In this document: piece after piece, positions 34,330 to 45,919 of the stretch
Numbering within the stretch: the stretch's first letter is position 1
Layout: each line of letters begins with the position of its first letter
Assembly: GCA_008632985.1 (NCBI GenBank)
Contig: QPGO01000203.1
Span: forward strand, 1 to 64,000
DNA from: Psammoneis japonica
Taxonomy: Eukaryota
Direction: 5' to 3'
Length of the DNA: 64,000 nucleotides
The notes under the pieces: generated by a model
What the model saw: only the letters and a program-made list of their open reading frames with translations
What the model was told of the DNA's origin: nothing
The model's database searches: none
Program-made: the position numbers and the translations under genes

Positions 34330-35811
34330 ATGCTTCCACAGCGACAAGACTCGGATGGCGGCTTTGAAAAATTCATGCAGCACTTTCAATCCGAGAAGCA
34401 AACCCTGTCGTCTTCTCAAGATTCGGCAACTCCTGAATCATCCCAGCAAGCATCACGAGACCGAGATGTTACTGTGGAATACAGCAAAACGAGTGGATTT
34501 CCGTGGTACCTAGTGATTGACACACCTGGAGGGCATGGCGAGCCTCTATCCATCACTACTGGCATTGAGACGACACCTACAGAACTTGCGGAAGAAGACT
34601 ATGATTTCAACATGGCGCACCCCATTGACTTTTCAGAGATTGATCGGTTTCCTGCATTCGAGGTTGGACCAGAGTCGAGTAAAAAAGAGGAAATCGAGGA
34701 TAGTACAACCATCTCGTCATCTCAAGAGGAAGGATCCCAAGACTCAATGTGCAAGGAAGATAGTTCAAGAGAAGCACCAAAAAAAGAGGAAAAACAGGTG
34801 AAGGATGGATACGAGCCTCTTCCCTGGCCAAGCTGGGTCGACGAGAAGAGCTCTTCCACGGTCTCTTCAGTTTCGCCCTCAGTCACGAAAGTATCGTCAC
34901 CCGTTGAAAATACAAATAATGAAGGGAATGATGTGTCTCCAGTACAGCCACTGCACTCAAGTGAATCAGAAAAGATACCCGAGAAATTACAAGGCGAGGA
35001 CAATGATGATTTCTTGTTGGAAGGATTTGGACATCGACCTACTCGTCGATTGGTGGGTGCTAGGAAGAAGCTTCGTAAGCTTTTAGGCGCAGAAGCCATA
35101 CAGACATACGGAGAACCGAGCGCTCGAAAACGGATTGGCAACTACCGCTGCTGGAAACTTTTGTGTTGTCGTTACAAAGGTGACAAGGAAAATGATGAAG
35201 CATACGACCCTTATGATTTCGGCGTGTATGATGAGGATCCAGAAAAGATCATTGAGGGTTTTCGAAAAAGCGCAGAGGGCACACGAGCTGGTGGCGAGAC
35301 GCGAGCAGACAATGACGGAATGAGTTTCCACTCATCAGCCTTTTCTCAAGCTGGCAAAGGTTCGATGGAAGGTGGAGTAGGAAAGGATGGGCGAAGAGGT
35401 TTGACTAGATCAAGCCCATTATCGAAGATCATTCTTGACAATCCTGCTTCTGATAATCTGGCATCACCATCTCGACCAGGTCCTCCGGACTCAAGTGAAG
35501 GAAGCATATCGTCTTCGAGTCAAGAATCTACATTTCGTTCAAGAAGCAAATCTTCTCCTCAGGCCAGTTTGTCTAGCTTCTCTCCATCCACTGATATCTC
35601 TTTAGGTGCTTCCAACTCAGTAGAGCTATCATCCTCCTCAACCTCACCAAGCTCTTCGACTGCGACGACTCCGTCTGGGGAGGTCTTTCAAGTGGACCCC
35701 TCGTCAGTAGATTCCTTGGCGGGGCGATCTCATTCCGTCGAAGAATCGGATGATAACTCTTCGCCCTCTTTGCTTGATATGCTTTCCGACACGTCAAGTG
35801 ATGAGACGTAA
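34330..35811 (+). CDS. Hypothetical Ser/Glu-rich, probably disordered protein (493 aa)
   Basis: Long ATG-initiated ORF in sequence of normal composition. Confidence 0.7.
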   Translation: MLPQRQDSDGGFEKFMQHFQSEKQTLSSSQDSATPESSQQASRDRDVTVEYSKTSGFPWYLVIDTPGGHGEPLSITTGIETTPTELAEEDYDFNMAHPIDFSEIDRFPAFEVGPESSKKEEIEDSTTISSSQEEGSQDSMCKEDSSREAPKKEEKQVKDGYEPLPWPSWVDEKSSSTVSSVSPSVTKVSSPVENTNNEGNDVSPVQPLHSSESEKIPEKLQGEDNDDFLLEGFGHRPTRRLVGARKKLRKLLGAEAIQTYGEPSARKRIGNYRCWKLLCCRYKGDKENDEAYDPYDFGVYDEDPEKIIEGFRKSAEGTRAGGETRADNDGMSFHSSAFSQAGKGSMEGGVGKDGRRGLTRSSPLSKIILDNPASDNLASPSRPGPPDSSEGSISSSSQESTFRSRSKSSPQASLSSFSPSTDISLGASNSVELSSSSTSPSSSTATTPSGEVFQVDPSSVDSLAGRSHSVEESDDNSSPSLLDMLSDTSSDET

Positions 35812-36591
35812 TCTGTAGGGCTTTAGTTTGCAATTAGCTCACTGTCGTATGGTGGTCTATCATTCACAGCGGAATCAGAATATTGAAGTTATTACTTCCA
35901 AAACTGCAGCATGAGTCAGTATATGTACATCATATTGCTTCCATGTATCCGTCTTTTTCTTCATAGGCCAACTGTCGGTGGGAGAATGCAATATTGGTTT
36001 GGGCTGTATTCGGCCAACACTACTATATTATGATATAGCTATTTGTGTTGTCCAGTTCATCGGAAACATGTTGAACCGAACAATGTTTCTGATACTAAAG
36101 TGTGTTACACTAGGTTTAGGCATGACTGTGACACTGTCCACCCAATGTAGACCGACTTGAACTGTTCTAGGGCTTACTGAGATGAATCGATTAAACCGCA
36201 TTTAGGACCTGGTTCCCAGTCACAGGCGAAAACACTCTTTTCCTGACGACAAACCCTTGAACTACGGGACATCTGAGGGTCAAGTTCATTCCGAAAGAGA
36301 CGTATCTCGACATCGGGGCACATCTTTACAGTAACTTGAGCCTCTAGCTACTCTAGAGCCCCCCCCCCACTAGAGTCGTAGCTCTAGAGTATAGCTGCTA
36401 CTCTAGAGAGTAGTGAGTTGGTAGTAGGGAATGAACAACATCATAACATTATCGATCATTGCCTGTTCTCATCACGTCACTTCCGCCACCACCTCACGAC
36501 TGCCGCCTCCCGCCTTATCTTCTCTCGAGCGCAACGCGAAGCTCCACTACTTGGCACTCTTGATGTCATCACCACTGAGAACAACAGTAGT

Positions 36592-37494
36592 ATGAGACTG
36601 CCATTGACTTCTTCAAACAAGGCCCTTTCATTGGTCTTCACGTGTCTGCTACTGTCAGCACCTGGTGAGCATGCAAAACATAACGTTGTGCGTCGTCGGA
36701 GAGCGAAAACAAAAATTGCTTGCATAGGTGACAGCATTACAGATGGTTCGTGCTGTGGACTCGACTCGAGCACAGAAATATATCCCGTTCAGCTTCAAAG
36801 TATTCTGGGCAACCGAAAATACAAAGTGAAAGAGTATGGAGTCATGGCCACGACAGGATCGAAATCGTGCAATCCAAGTTACTGGGATACTTCAGAGTAC
36901 ACGTCTGTGTTAGATTGGGAACCTGACGTTGTTATTATCATGTTTGGATCCAATGATGCCAAGACAGGATATTGGAAAAGTGACGCCAATAACGGATGCA
37001 GCAAAGACCACTATGAAGCTGATATGAAGCAAATGATTGAGAATTTTGCCAGTCTTTCGAACAATCCCAGGGTATTCGCAGCCTATCCACCAAGAGCTTT
37101 TTCAAACCCCTACAGCATTTCAAATGAAGTTGTTATCAACGAAATCATCCCTGCTATCGATTCAGCAGCTTCAATGTTGCCGGGCGTTGAGGTGCTTGAC
37201 ACTTATAATGAAACTTCAGCCCATTCAAGCGATTGGTACTTTGGCGATGGCGTACATTTGAATCCAATCGGAGCTGGAGGAATCGCCAAGTACTTTGCCT
37301 CGTTAATAATTGATGATAGTATCGTAAACGAGAGAGTCAAGGTTTCGAACCGTAAGGGAGTAATCAAGACGAGGAAGTGCCATGGCTGGGTTGTCAAGAG
37401 GAGAGTCAAACGTTGCGGCAGACAAGTTCCGACGGGAAAGTACAAAGGCCAACTGGTTCGCGACGTTTGTGTGAACGCATGTAGTTTTCGATAA
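36592..37494 (+). CDS. Probably secreted SGNH/GDSL hydrolase with a C-terminal Cys-rich module
   Basis: IACIGDSITDG (block I), MFGSND (block III), DGVH (block V); hydrophobic N-terminus. Confidence 0.9.
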   Translation: MRLPLTSSNKALSLVFTCLLLSAPGEHAKHNVVRRRRAKTKIACIGDSITDGSCCGLDSSTEIYPVQLQSILGNRKYKVKEYGVMATTGSKSCNPSYWDTSEYTSVLDWEPDVVIIMFGSNDAKTGYWKSDANNGCSKDHYEADMKQMIENFASLSNNPRVFAAYPPRAFSNPYSISNEVVINEIIPAIDSAASMLPGVEVLDTYNETSAHSSDWYFGDGVHLNPIGAGGIAKYFASLIIDDSIVNERVKVSNRKGVIKTRKCHGWVVKRRVKRCGRQVPTGKYKGQLVRDVCVNACSFR

Positions 37495-38682
37495 GGACAA
37501 TTTTCCATCTGAATGCTAGCCAATGAGTGTAACGCGATCTTTCTTTCAGGATTTAACGACATAGGATCGACTCGTCAAACCACAGGTCGGCAATGGACTC
37601 ATGCTAGGGCTTTTTCTTTGAACGAAATGTGGACTTTTATCAATACAACATACAGGCACGATCTTTTTCGGTAACGTGTAGCTCTAGACGTCTTTTCCAA
37701 GAATTCGAGATATTGTCCAATTCTTTGTTTACGCAAAATGGAAACTGGTGCGGCGATGAAATCATGTCGGTGGCGAAAAAGTGAAAGCCAATCGTTTCAG
37801 TGATGTTAGCACCAGTCCACGAGTTGAAAATTGCGACCATGTGTGTATATGGGTTGGGAGCAAATACTGATTCCGGCACTTTTACCCGAGTAAAGGATTT
37901 GATTAGGTTAATAGCTTCCCTGTGCGGCCGTATTGCTTGCCGACTGTTTTCCTTTTCTGGCGCATTTCCCTCTGATCTTCGCGGTCATGTCAAGAAGTCT
38001 CTATTGCAGTGATACGGGGGGAGGTTGCAATTTGGAATCAGGTGCAGGTTGTGTTCGGTTCCAGTGCTTGGCTGAGACCTCTGAGCGCATCGACCACCAA
38101 CTCCAGATTGGCGAGTTGGATTAGAGATCTGTGTTTGTTGCTGATGCACGGTTGCAAGGTGCTGGGCATTGACGGCGACCTTAACAAGGTTGACTACAAT
38201 ATGATGCACCTGTCTCTCTGTAAAGTGCTAGGTATCCTGTCTCTCTTTCCATGCAAACGATTCATCGAGAAAACTTCTCACGCCGCATCTTTGTCAATCA
38301 AATTGAACCAGGGTACCATGTACAAAAATTGAGAGGAAATAGCTCCGATCTCTTCTTGCTGTCGTGATCATTGGTGCAAAACGAGCGTTGTCAAAAAATC
38401 ATGATGATGCGAAAAAAGTGAGCAGGATCCCAGAATCAAAATATAATATACGGAGATAAAATATCGGATAAGATTTCCGCGATCAAAAACGCCATGTGAC
38501 TATGACATTTTCCTCAGAATGAGTTCAACGCATTGTCATTAAATAATATTTATTCAAGAAAGTTTAAAGATATAATCCAATACAAGACTCACTCATCTGA
38601 CGTGTTCATTGGAATACTCTATGACATTGTTGTGCGTGACATATTGCCACAATAAATAAGCTTCGGATCTGGATCATGTGTT

Positions 38683-39723
38683 ATGCGCCCAACGGTAGCT
38701 CACTCCGAATCCAAAACCGAAGAACGAACAAGAGAGGATTACATGAGAAACAAGTCGGTAAGCACCATGGCAAGAAACCGGAGTTTTCATGACATGGAGG
38801 CGGCGGTGGAGAATGAACTCTTGGACGAGCGCCTCGAAGCTATTTCGGATTTATTGGTAGCGGCAGGAGGTCGTGGTACGGACAATGGCGAACAATTGAA
38901 CGAGTTGTCTCGATTTCTTTCAAACCACGACTTGGACGACCTGCCGTCCGAACCACAGGCGTTTGATCGACCAATAGAACGACTCGTTGCGCTTCTACAA
39001 GCTTGTCACTCATCGGATGAAAAGGATGAGGAAGAAGAAATCTCGCGAAAGGAAATATCCAGTACTCGACGAGAGAGAAGAACTTCCAGAAGACCAACTG
39101 ACAATAGGCGAGTAAGAACAAGCACATCAAAAAGACGAACGGAAGGCACTAGACGAGAGAGGAACAATTCGACACAGCATACTGAAGGTACTAGACGACC
39201 AAGAAGTACTTCAAAAAGAAGAAAAGAGAGGACTGAACGAAACAGATGCAATTCTAGAAGTCGAACGGAAGGTGCTCAAAGACAAAGAAGCACGAACAAA
39301 CGACGGTCAGGAAAAGGCCCTCCTCTGTCTCCGGAAGACGGAACAAAAGCGACTGCCACGACAGAATCCTCTTATCAAGAGCGAGAAAATGAAATCACAT
39401 CATTAGTGCAAGAAGACCGACCGGATCAAGAAAGCCGTTCTTCAAACTATCCAAGAATTGGTCCGGGATACTCGGATGCCATTTCGGTTGTGAGTGACTT
39501 GACTTCGTCTACCGTCTATTCGGGATTGGTTGTAACAGATGAAGATTACTCGACAGATTGCTATAGTGATGTGGTGATCATTCAGGACAATGCCGCACCG
39601 TGCCACAGCAGTCAGGTGCTGCGTCTAACCACCCAAACAACAACCACGACCCATCGCGAGCAAGATGTGCCGGTCGCTGGTGGGGACAAATACAGTGTTC
39701 CCGACTTTGTCGACACCCGCTAA
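38683..39723 (+). CDS. Hypothetical Arg/Ser/Thr-rich protein
   Basis: 346-aa ORF with internal RSTSKRR/TEGTRR repeats. Confidence 0.6.
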   Translation: MRPTVAHSESKTEERTREDYMRNKSVSTMARNRSFHDMEAAVENELLDERLEAISDLLVAAGGRGTDNGEQLNELSRFLSNHDLDDLPSEPQAFDRPIERLVALLQACHSSDEKDEEEEISRKEISSTRRERRTSRRPTDNRRVRTSTSKRRTEGTRRERNNSTQHTEGTRRPRSTSKRRKERTERNRCNSRSRTEGAQRQRSTNKRRSGKGPPLSPEDGTKATATTESSYQERENEITSLVQEDRPDQESRSSNYPRIGPGYSDAISVVSDLTSSTVYSGLVVTDEDYSTDCYSDVVIIQDNAAPCHSSQVLRLTTQTTTTTHREQDVPVAGGDKYSVPDFVDTR

Positions 39724-40027
39724 ACACATCAGGTGTAACATAATTGATAAGGAAAGTAGTGAAATATGTCATAACATGTACATGGTTGCGTTTCGATCCG
39801 ATGGATGCATCGCGATGAGCGGCATTGGAGACTGTTACGCGGTGTCAATGTGCTACATCCACTTATAGCCTCACACTCTATAGTAGAAGCAAGATAACTG
39901 CTTTCTCAGCCACCAGGAACACAAGCACAAGGAACCGCATGTGACACTTAATTTTACCTATTGCTATCACTCGTGTGTTTTCGGTTCATTCCATATTGAG
40001 TTTTGTTGAGTTTCGAGGAAGAAAAAA

Positions 40028-40561
40028 ATGATGAAGGCTGTATTATGCGCAACGATGCAGTTGTTGATGCTAGCATGCTGCACGATGGGATTCTCCGTCG
40101 TTGTCCCGTTGCCCACCAGATTGCACCAGTCTCATGCCGAGATCGCTTTATCGGATCAGCTTGTAGCCGGCCGAAGTCGTTCTACAGCTCTTTTCATGTC
40201 CTCGAAAGAACGCTCCAAGTCAACCAAGAAGGGTGTTTCTACCATTACAAAGGACAGAACTGAGTCGAAAGCGGAGGAGGAAAAGAAGAAAGAGGATCAG
40301 TGGCGAGTGATCCTTCACAATGATGAGGTTCATACGTTCAACTATGTGATTCGGAGCATTGTGAAGTACATCGGTACCCTCGATCGTAAGGCTGCCTTTG
40401 AGATCTGTGTGACTACGCACGGGGTAGGCAAGGCCACTGTCACCAAGACATGGAAGAAGCAAGCGGAGAAGTACTGTCTAGGCTTGCAGCGACAAGGACT
40501 GACGGTGAGCATTGCCCCGGATAAGGACTTCGAGGGCGGGCACTCTGGAGGTGGAACATAG
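40028..40561 (+). CDS. clpS: Clp protease adaptor ClpS, probably plastid-targeted
   Basis: WRVILHNDEVHTFNYV..A......H..GKATV..GLTVSIAP; signal peptide followed by GF and a transit-like stretch. Confidence 0.92.
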   Translation: MMKAVLCATMQLLMLACCTMGFSVVVPLPTRLHQSHAEIALSDQLVAGRSRSTALFMSSKERSKSTKKGVSTITKDRTESKAEEEKKKEDQWRVILHNDEVHTFNYVIRSIVKYIGTLDRKAAFEICVTTHGVGKATVTKTWKKQAEKYCLGLQRQGLTVSIAPDKDFEGGHSGGGT

Positions 40562-40643
40562 TTTTCTTAAGTCGCAATTTAGTATAGATACCATATACTG
40601 TACAAAAAAGGAAAAGAGCGTTGTTGTCTCAACAAAAAATGCT

Positions 40644-42230
40644 CTACACGTCAATTACTTTCGCTGGAACACCGCTCAGCGCACCATTGCGGCCAAGTTC
40701 AACCCGTGCATCGCCAACGACGTCTAGATTAGGCGACAAAACTTTGAGGTAGCGGTCGAAATAGAGGCTTTGTTTTACCAGCAACCCGAATTCTCTCGGG
40801 AGTTTCAGCCCGTTGTCTTCAGTGACGTCCAAGATCTCAAGTAACAAGTTGGTGACTTCGTTTTCATCAAAATCGAGAGATCCCTGGACGGTCCCATCCG
40901 CAGAAGCCTTCACAACCATATCGGGCTGAACCTGGCTCATATTTTTCATCACTCTTTCAATGTCTTGTCCGAATTTCTTGGTGTCAACCTGTTCATCAGC
41001 TGCACCCATGTTGCACAACGCTACCGCCATCCCTTCAAAGTCACCCAACGCTAGGGCATTGCTCAACTCATTTACTGCTTTGAAAGTCTTTTCGCTCACA
41101 CGGCCAACAATACCGAAGTCGATAAAGCCAACGCGACCATCATCAAGAACGAGTAAGTCACCTGCGTGAACATCCGCGTGAAACCAAGGCATTGACACAA
41201 CAGACGTTGTCCAAACATTAAGAGCCGTGATAATGGTGGACTCAGCGTCGTCAACAATCTTGGAAATTGCTTCTGAATCCAACAGACTCACGCCCTTCAA
41301 TCTCTCCATTGTCAGCACCTTCTTCGTCGTCTGTTCCCCTGACCAGGAGTCGAAAGCAGACGCGGCGAGAACGATAAGAGGAAGCAAAAGACCTAACAAA
41401 AACATGTTTTCAAACTTACGGTAAACTCGCGGTGCAGAGGCCTGTCTTGTCAGCTCGTTGTCGACCAGAAATCGTCGAAATTCCTCCAAGTTCGTTGCTT
41501 CTTTGTCGAAATCGAGCTCCTCGAGCATGGACGAACGGATATCTCCAGCAATAGCTGACAACGAAGTACGCTCCCAGTCCGGTTGCAGGAACTTTAATAC
41601 TCTGGAGGTGACATAAATGAAGCTAAGATCAGCTTTGAGAGACTCATCGACACGAGGTTTTTGTACCTTGATCACGACGTCTTCTCCAGTCTTCAACTTT
41701 GCTGCATGGACCTGAACAAAGCCGCAAATCATCTTAAAGACAAAGACAAAAAGGAACTAGTTTCATGGGATCCAATTTTAAAAGAAGAATGGAACAGGTA
41801 TTTAAAGACACATCCATCACATACTTGGGCTATACTCGCAGAAGCCAGTGGTTTTTGGTCGATGTAAGAAAAGGTTTTTGAGATTGGACCGAGTTCCCCT
41901 TCGATCACGTTTGCAACAGTCTTCCACTCGAGAGGCTCAGTCGCATCAAGACTCAAGACATTTTTGGAATTCGATCACATATTCCTTCGGAAAAAGAGTA
42001 GGACTTGATGCAACAAACTGGCCCAATTTTACGTACGTAGCGCCTAATCGCTCAAAGAGTTTCCGTAGAGCGACTGGGGGTGAAAAGGCTTCCGCATGCT
42101 TCGCTCCAAAAGGCAAAAAATCTCGCGCAGTGGTAGTGAATGCCAGGTAAGCTTGAATTGTTCTTGCAGGCCCAGCCCTCGGGCCGGCCTCGACGACAGC
42201 CTGCACAATACCGGTATCTCGTATCAAGCC
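40644..42230 (-). pseudogene. ABC1/UbiB atypical kinase, frameshifted and apparently 5'-truncated
   Basis: [57 protein letters not shown]. Introns at ~41822-41713 and ~41419-41339. A 7-bp duplication TCAAGAC TCAAGAC at 41946-41959 breaks the frame. Confidence 0.85.
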
Positions 42231-42249
42231 AACTATTTCCTTCTGTGTC

Positions 42250-42510
42250 CCTCGATTTCAGCAAATTTCAGTCGGAAATTCTCGCCGAATCGCCTTCTGG
42301 CAAGAATATCCAACTGCTTCTGCCGCAAAAATTTCCAAATCGCACTTTGGCCAGAATTTCCCTCTATTTCAGTCGGAAATTCTCGCCGAATCGCCTTCTG
42401 GCAAGAATATCCACCGGCTTTTGCTGTAAAATTTCCAAATCGCACTTTAGCCAGAATTCCCCTCGATTTCAGTCGATTTTCTGGCCGAATCATCGCCTTC
42501 TGGCAAGAAG
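42250..42510. repeat. Tandem ~99 bp repeat, about 2.6 copies
   Basis: ATTTCAGTCGGAAATTCTCGCCGAATCGCCTTCTGGCAAGAATATCCA..AATTTCCAAATCGCACTTT.GCCAGAATT repeated. Confidence 0.92.
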
Positions 42511-42630
42511 AAATCATCAAGCAACAAGCCAAAGCAAAAAGCAAGCCAAAGCTTTTAGCTCTACAGTCTACAGTAGAGTAGCAAGCAGTGATCCAACGCG
42601 ACTGTGGATTGCTTTGGAAACAAATGAAAC

Positions 42631-43737
42631 ATGACGGAGCGGTTGTCAACAGCGCCCACGCCTCGCACCCGCAATGGGGGTGAAAACCGCAGAGAGCATC
42701 ATGTGATTGCCAGTAAGATTACCTTCGAGGAAGAAGATGCTCTGGTTTTCGGAAAGACCCAAATGGACTTGCGTGGGGCTTTCCAAGCTATGACCAACAA
42801 ACTCCTCGATACCGATAAGGCCATCACTAAAGCTTTGGTGTCCCGCAGGAAAAAATTCATTCTCAAGACAGACAAATTAGGAAGCTTGCTATTGGCTGAA
42901 TTGCAGGCAGAGCGAACCAGTTGTATCTTACACGAGCAACATGCAGGACCTTCCCAGTTGCAGCAATCATTGACTTGGATTGCTACTGATACGAGCAAAG
43001 TGCCCGATGCATCAAACAAACTCGTTTTGGATCTACTCACTGTAGTCACAAAGGTTGTTTATGTCCATTTCAACAAGTCCGGTGACAATGCCGCCATCCT
43101 TGAGTTTACTTCTTACATTCTCAATAGCCTCCTTCCATATGAGAAAGGGGATAAACATTACAAATCGCTCCTGGAAGATCAGTAGTTTGCCAAGATACTC
43201 TCCGACGACCTCAAGAACCGCGTTGCATCCATCCGCAAGAAAACAGGCTTTGCGTACAAAACGCTAGCGAAAAAAGTCATATTGGAAGCCATTTTTGGGC
43301 AAGTTGGAACGGACGCAATTGTGGAGGCCTTTGATTCTCGCTGTGCATCCATGAAGGAAGTATTCAAGAGCTTTCCCGCGAAACTCAAGCATGTAAAGGA
43401 AGATCTTGAAGACCGCTTTGAAGTCAGCACTGGTCACAAAGAAAGTGGCCCAGTCGAGTTTTGGATTCTGGGTGGCCATGGATGGTCGTCGGAACAAATC
43501 TCTGATGACTGTGGCACCCGCATGACCCCCGAGGCCATCACCATTCCATATGCGTTGCTTTCGAAGCTTGGATCTTGGTCATTTCCGGTCGCTAAGGCTG
43601 CCCACATGGAGCTTGAGCAGCTCAATCCGGGTCATGGTATCCTTGATTGTACATGGCGTAGGTCCGTAGACGTCGACATCGAAGGAAGTCACAGAGCTCT
43701 ATCAGCAACACAGGTGATGCAGACAAGACTTTGCTAA
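42631..43737 (+). pseudogene. Orphan ORF of ~368 codons with one in-frame TAG at 43183
   Basis: The 184-aa and 151-aa ORFs are in the same frame and joined by open sequence after a single stop. Confidence 0.55.
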
Positions 43738-44116
43738 CCCCCTTCATTTTCTCTCTAGCTCTTTCACTCGATTGTGTGTTTGATGAATAGTCAGACAAAC
43801 AGTTCGAGTTTTCGTAAACAAAAACTATTTATATACTCTTCAGTAAAAGAAATATCTAGACTGTTAATTCACTGATAAAGCTGATAAATTCGAGAACGAG
43901 TTCGTCTGCCTCCAAAAAAAACAGTAGCGACCTCCTGAACATCTTTAAAATCAATAAGATAGAGAGAGTGTGTGTGTGTGAGAGAGAGAGCTATCAGTCC
44001 CTGCTTTTGCTGGTTGTATGAGAGTTTACGCTTCTGCTCGTCCTGTTGTGATTACAATCATGCCATCCGTGTCAAAGTGTATTCTTGAACTTCATTCAAA
44101 GCAACTTAGCTTAGCA

Positions 44117-45919
44117 TCATTCTAATTTCGAATCCTTTCGCCTCATCCATCCGCCACTTTTCGGGGACTCCAAATCATTGCTCGTCTTGGTTGCTGTTGA
44201 TTCTGACGTGGCCAAGTGCGTTCTCCACGCATCACTCGGCAAATCCGCCAATTGGTTCAACCGCGGTCCCAAGAGCACAATCCAAAGACACCCAAGCACC
44301 GTCAGAGCCCCTTGAAGGGGAACGTACGATGAATCTCCAAACATCCCCACCAAGTACATAATGAAGGAGTTGGGCCACGTCCCTCCCAAGTTGGCTGCCG
44401 TATTCAATAATGTCATGTACGATCCTCCGATAGCTGGATCGACACGACTGGCGAAAAAGGTCATTTGAGCATTGAATTGTAGACTGTTGCAAACGGCTTG
44501 CATGGCGGTCGATGATACCAATAAAAACCAAAAGAGCGCCCCGCCGTGTTGTCCGCGTGTTGTTTCTTGCTGCCGAATCACGTGCAGCATGCAAACATCC
44601 AAGAGCGGCACCAGTGTGACGCGGAGCTTATACGCCGTTAGAAACTGTCCGAAGGGATGTCCGTGCCAAATTTTAGAAGCTACAATGGGTACCAAAATAC
44701 CCAGAGGCAAAATGACGGTAGGCGACAAGAGCGCCGTGGTCGATTTGGACAAGCCGTACTCAACCGCCTTGAGGAATTTGACATTATCCGACAGCGCCGT
44801 GGGCAATCGATACGTGAGTAGCAACAAGAAGAGCCATTGAACCGAGGGTAACTGACAGACACTCCACAATCGATGATACGTTTCCCGCAATCCCAACTGC
44901 GCCGCATCCAACTCGGCATCATCGTCGTCATTACTTACGGACGATTCTCGTCTCTTTAAATCAAGCCAAGATGACCCATTGTCGGTTGATCCATTCGCTG
45001 TTTCAGCTGCATTGCTAGTTGCTGTCACTTCACGTTTAAAGATTGCGACATAGGTTGTGACAATCAGCATGAAGCATCCCATATACTTCAAGAACCCCCC
45101 CAAACTCACCAAGCCCGTTTCAGGCTTGGACGGCAATCTCAAGAGCGGTCTCCAAAACTTTTCAGAGGCTTCCACGTCGTTCAGTGCCAAGAAGCCGACA
45201 AAGGATAAAAAGTATCCCAAATTTTGACCAATCGAGTTGCATACAGGACCACGACCACGATTCTTTTTCGAAAGCAACGTGAGAGCCCATCCGTCTACAG
45301 CCACGTCTTGGGTTGCCATTAAAAAGTAGAGTACAAAAAAGAAACACGTCACACCCTTGACATTCAATTGTTGTTGTTGTTCTGTGGAAGTGGTGGAAGA
45401 TAATCCCAATTGATGCTCCACAAAACTCGATCCTACTACCATGAGAATGCCCGCCAAGGTCTGTACGGGTACCAACCATGTTTTGCGACGACCAAAGCGT
45501 TGCAAGAAAAGTGCATCCACAATGGGTGCCCAAAGCAGTTTCAGAGAAAACGGCCAACTGCATAACGCAAAAATGGCATTGGCATTGTACGATGAACGAC
45601 TCGTCGTTGCTGCGACGGATGCAGCCGCGTGATGAACAGCTTGTGCAGTACCGCTAGTAGCAGAAGCAGCCATGGCCGCCATGTCTTTGATTTTTTGTTG
45701 AATTAAAAACGGAATCGATGCCGATAAACCCATGGGAATTCCCTGAAGTGTATAGAGAGCAATCAACAAGGCATAATTGTAACGATCATCGTGAGACTGT
45801 TGTTGTTGTTGTTGCGACGTGTCTTGAAAAGATACGCTGCTTGTTCCTTTTTCCATAAACGACTCGGAGCGCGAATCTTTTGTCAGTAGGGAAGATAAAC
45901 CACGCCGCTTCATGCCCAT
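44117..45919 (-). CDS. Acetyl-CoA transporter (AT-1/SLC33A1, AmpG-like MFS family)
   Basis: LYTLQGIPMGL, WPFSLKLLWAPIVD, GRRKTWLVPVQ, ATQDVAVDGWAL, CNSIGQNLG, DPAIGGSYMTLLNT.ANLGG.WP. Confidence 0.95.
   Translation of the reverse strand: MGMKRRGLSSLLTKDSRSESFMEKGTSSVSFQDTSQQQQQQSHDDRYNYALLIALYTLQGIPMGLSASIPFLIQQKIKDMAAMAASATSGTAQAVHHAAASVAATTSRSSYNANAIFALCSWPFSLKLLWAPIVDALFLQRFGRRKTWLVPVQTLAGILMVVGSSFVEHQLGLSSTTSTEQQQQLNVKGVTCFFFVLYFLMATQDVAVDGWALTLLSKKNRGRGPVCNSIGQNLGYFLSFVGFLALNDVEASEKFWRPLLRLPSKPETGLVSLGGFLKYMGCFMLIVTTYVAIFKREVTATSNAAETANGSTDNGSSWLDLKRRESSVSNDDDDAELDAAQLGLRETYHRLWSVCQLPSVQWLFLLLLTYRLPTALSDNVKFLKAVEYGLSKSTTALLSPTVILPLGILVPIVASKIWHGHPFGQFLTAYKLRVTLVPLLDVCMLHVIRQQETTRGQHGGALFWFLLVSSTAMQAVCNSLQFNAQMTFFASRVDPAIGGSYMTLLNTAANLGGTWPNSFIMYLVGMFGDSSYVPLQGALTVLGCLWIVLLGPRLNQLADLPSDAWRTHLATSESTATKTSNDLESPKSGGWMRRKDSKLE

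Noticed and set aside
36340..36417. CTCTAGAG/TAG-rich palindromic cluster as a regulatory element
   Set aside because: Low-complexity sequence with no supporting evidence
37930..38200. Possible LRR-gene remnant on the minus strand (LSQALEPNTT)
   Set aside because: Only one short motif amid stops; too weak to call
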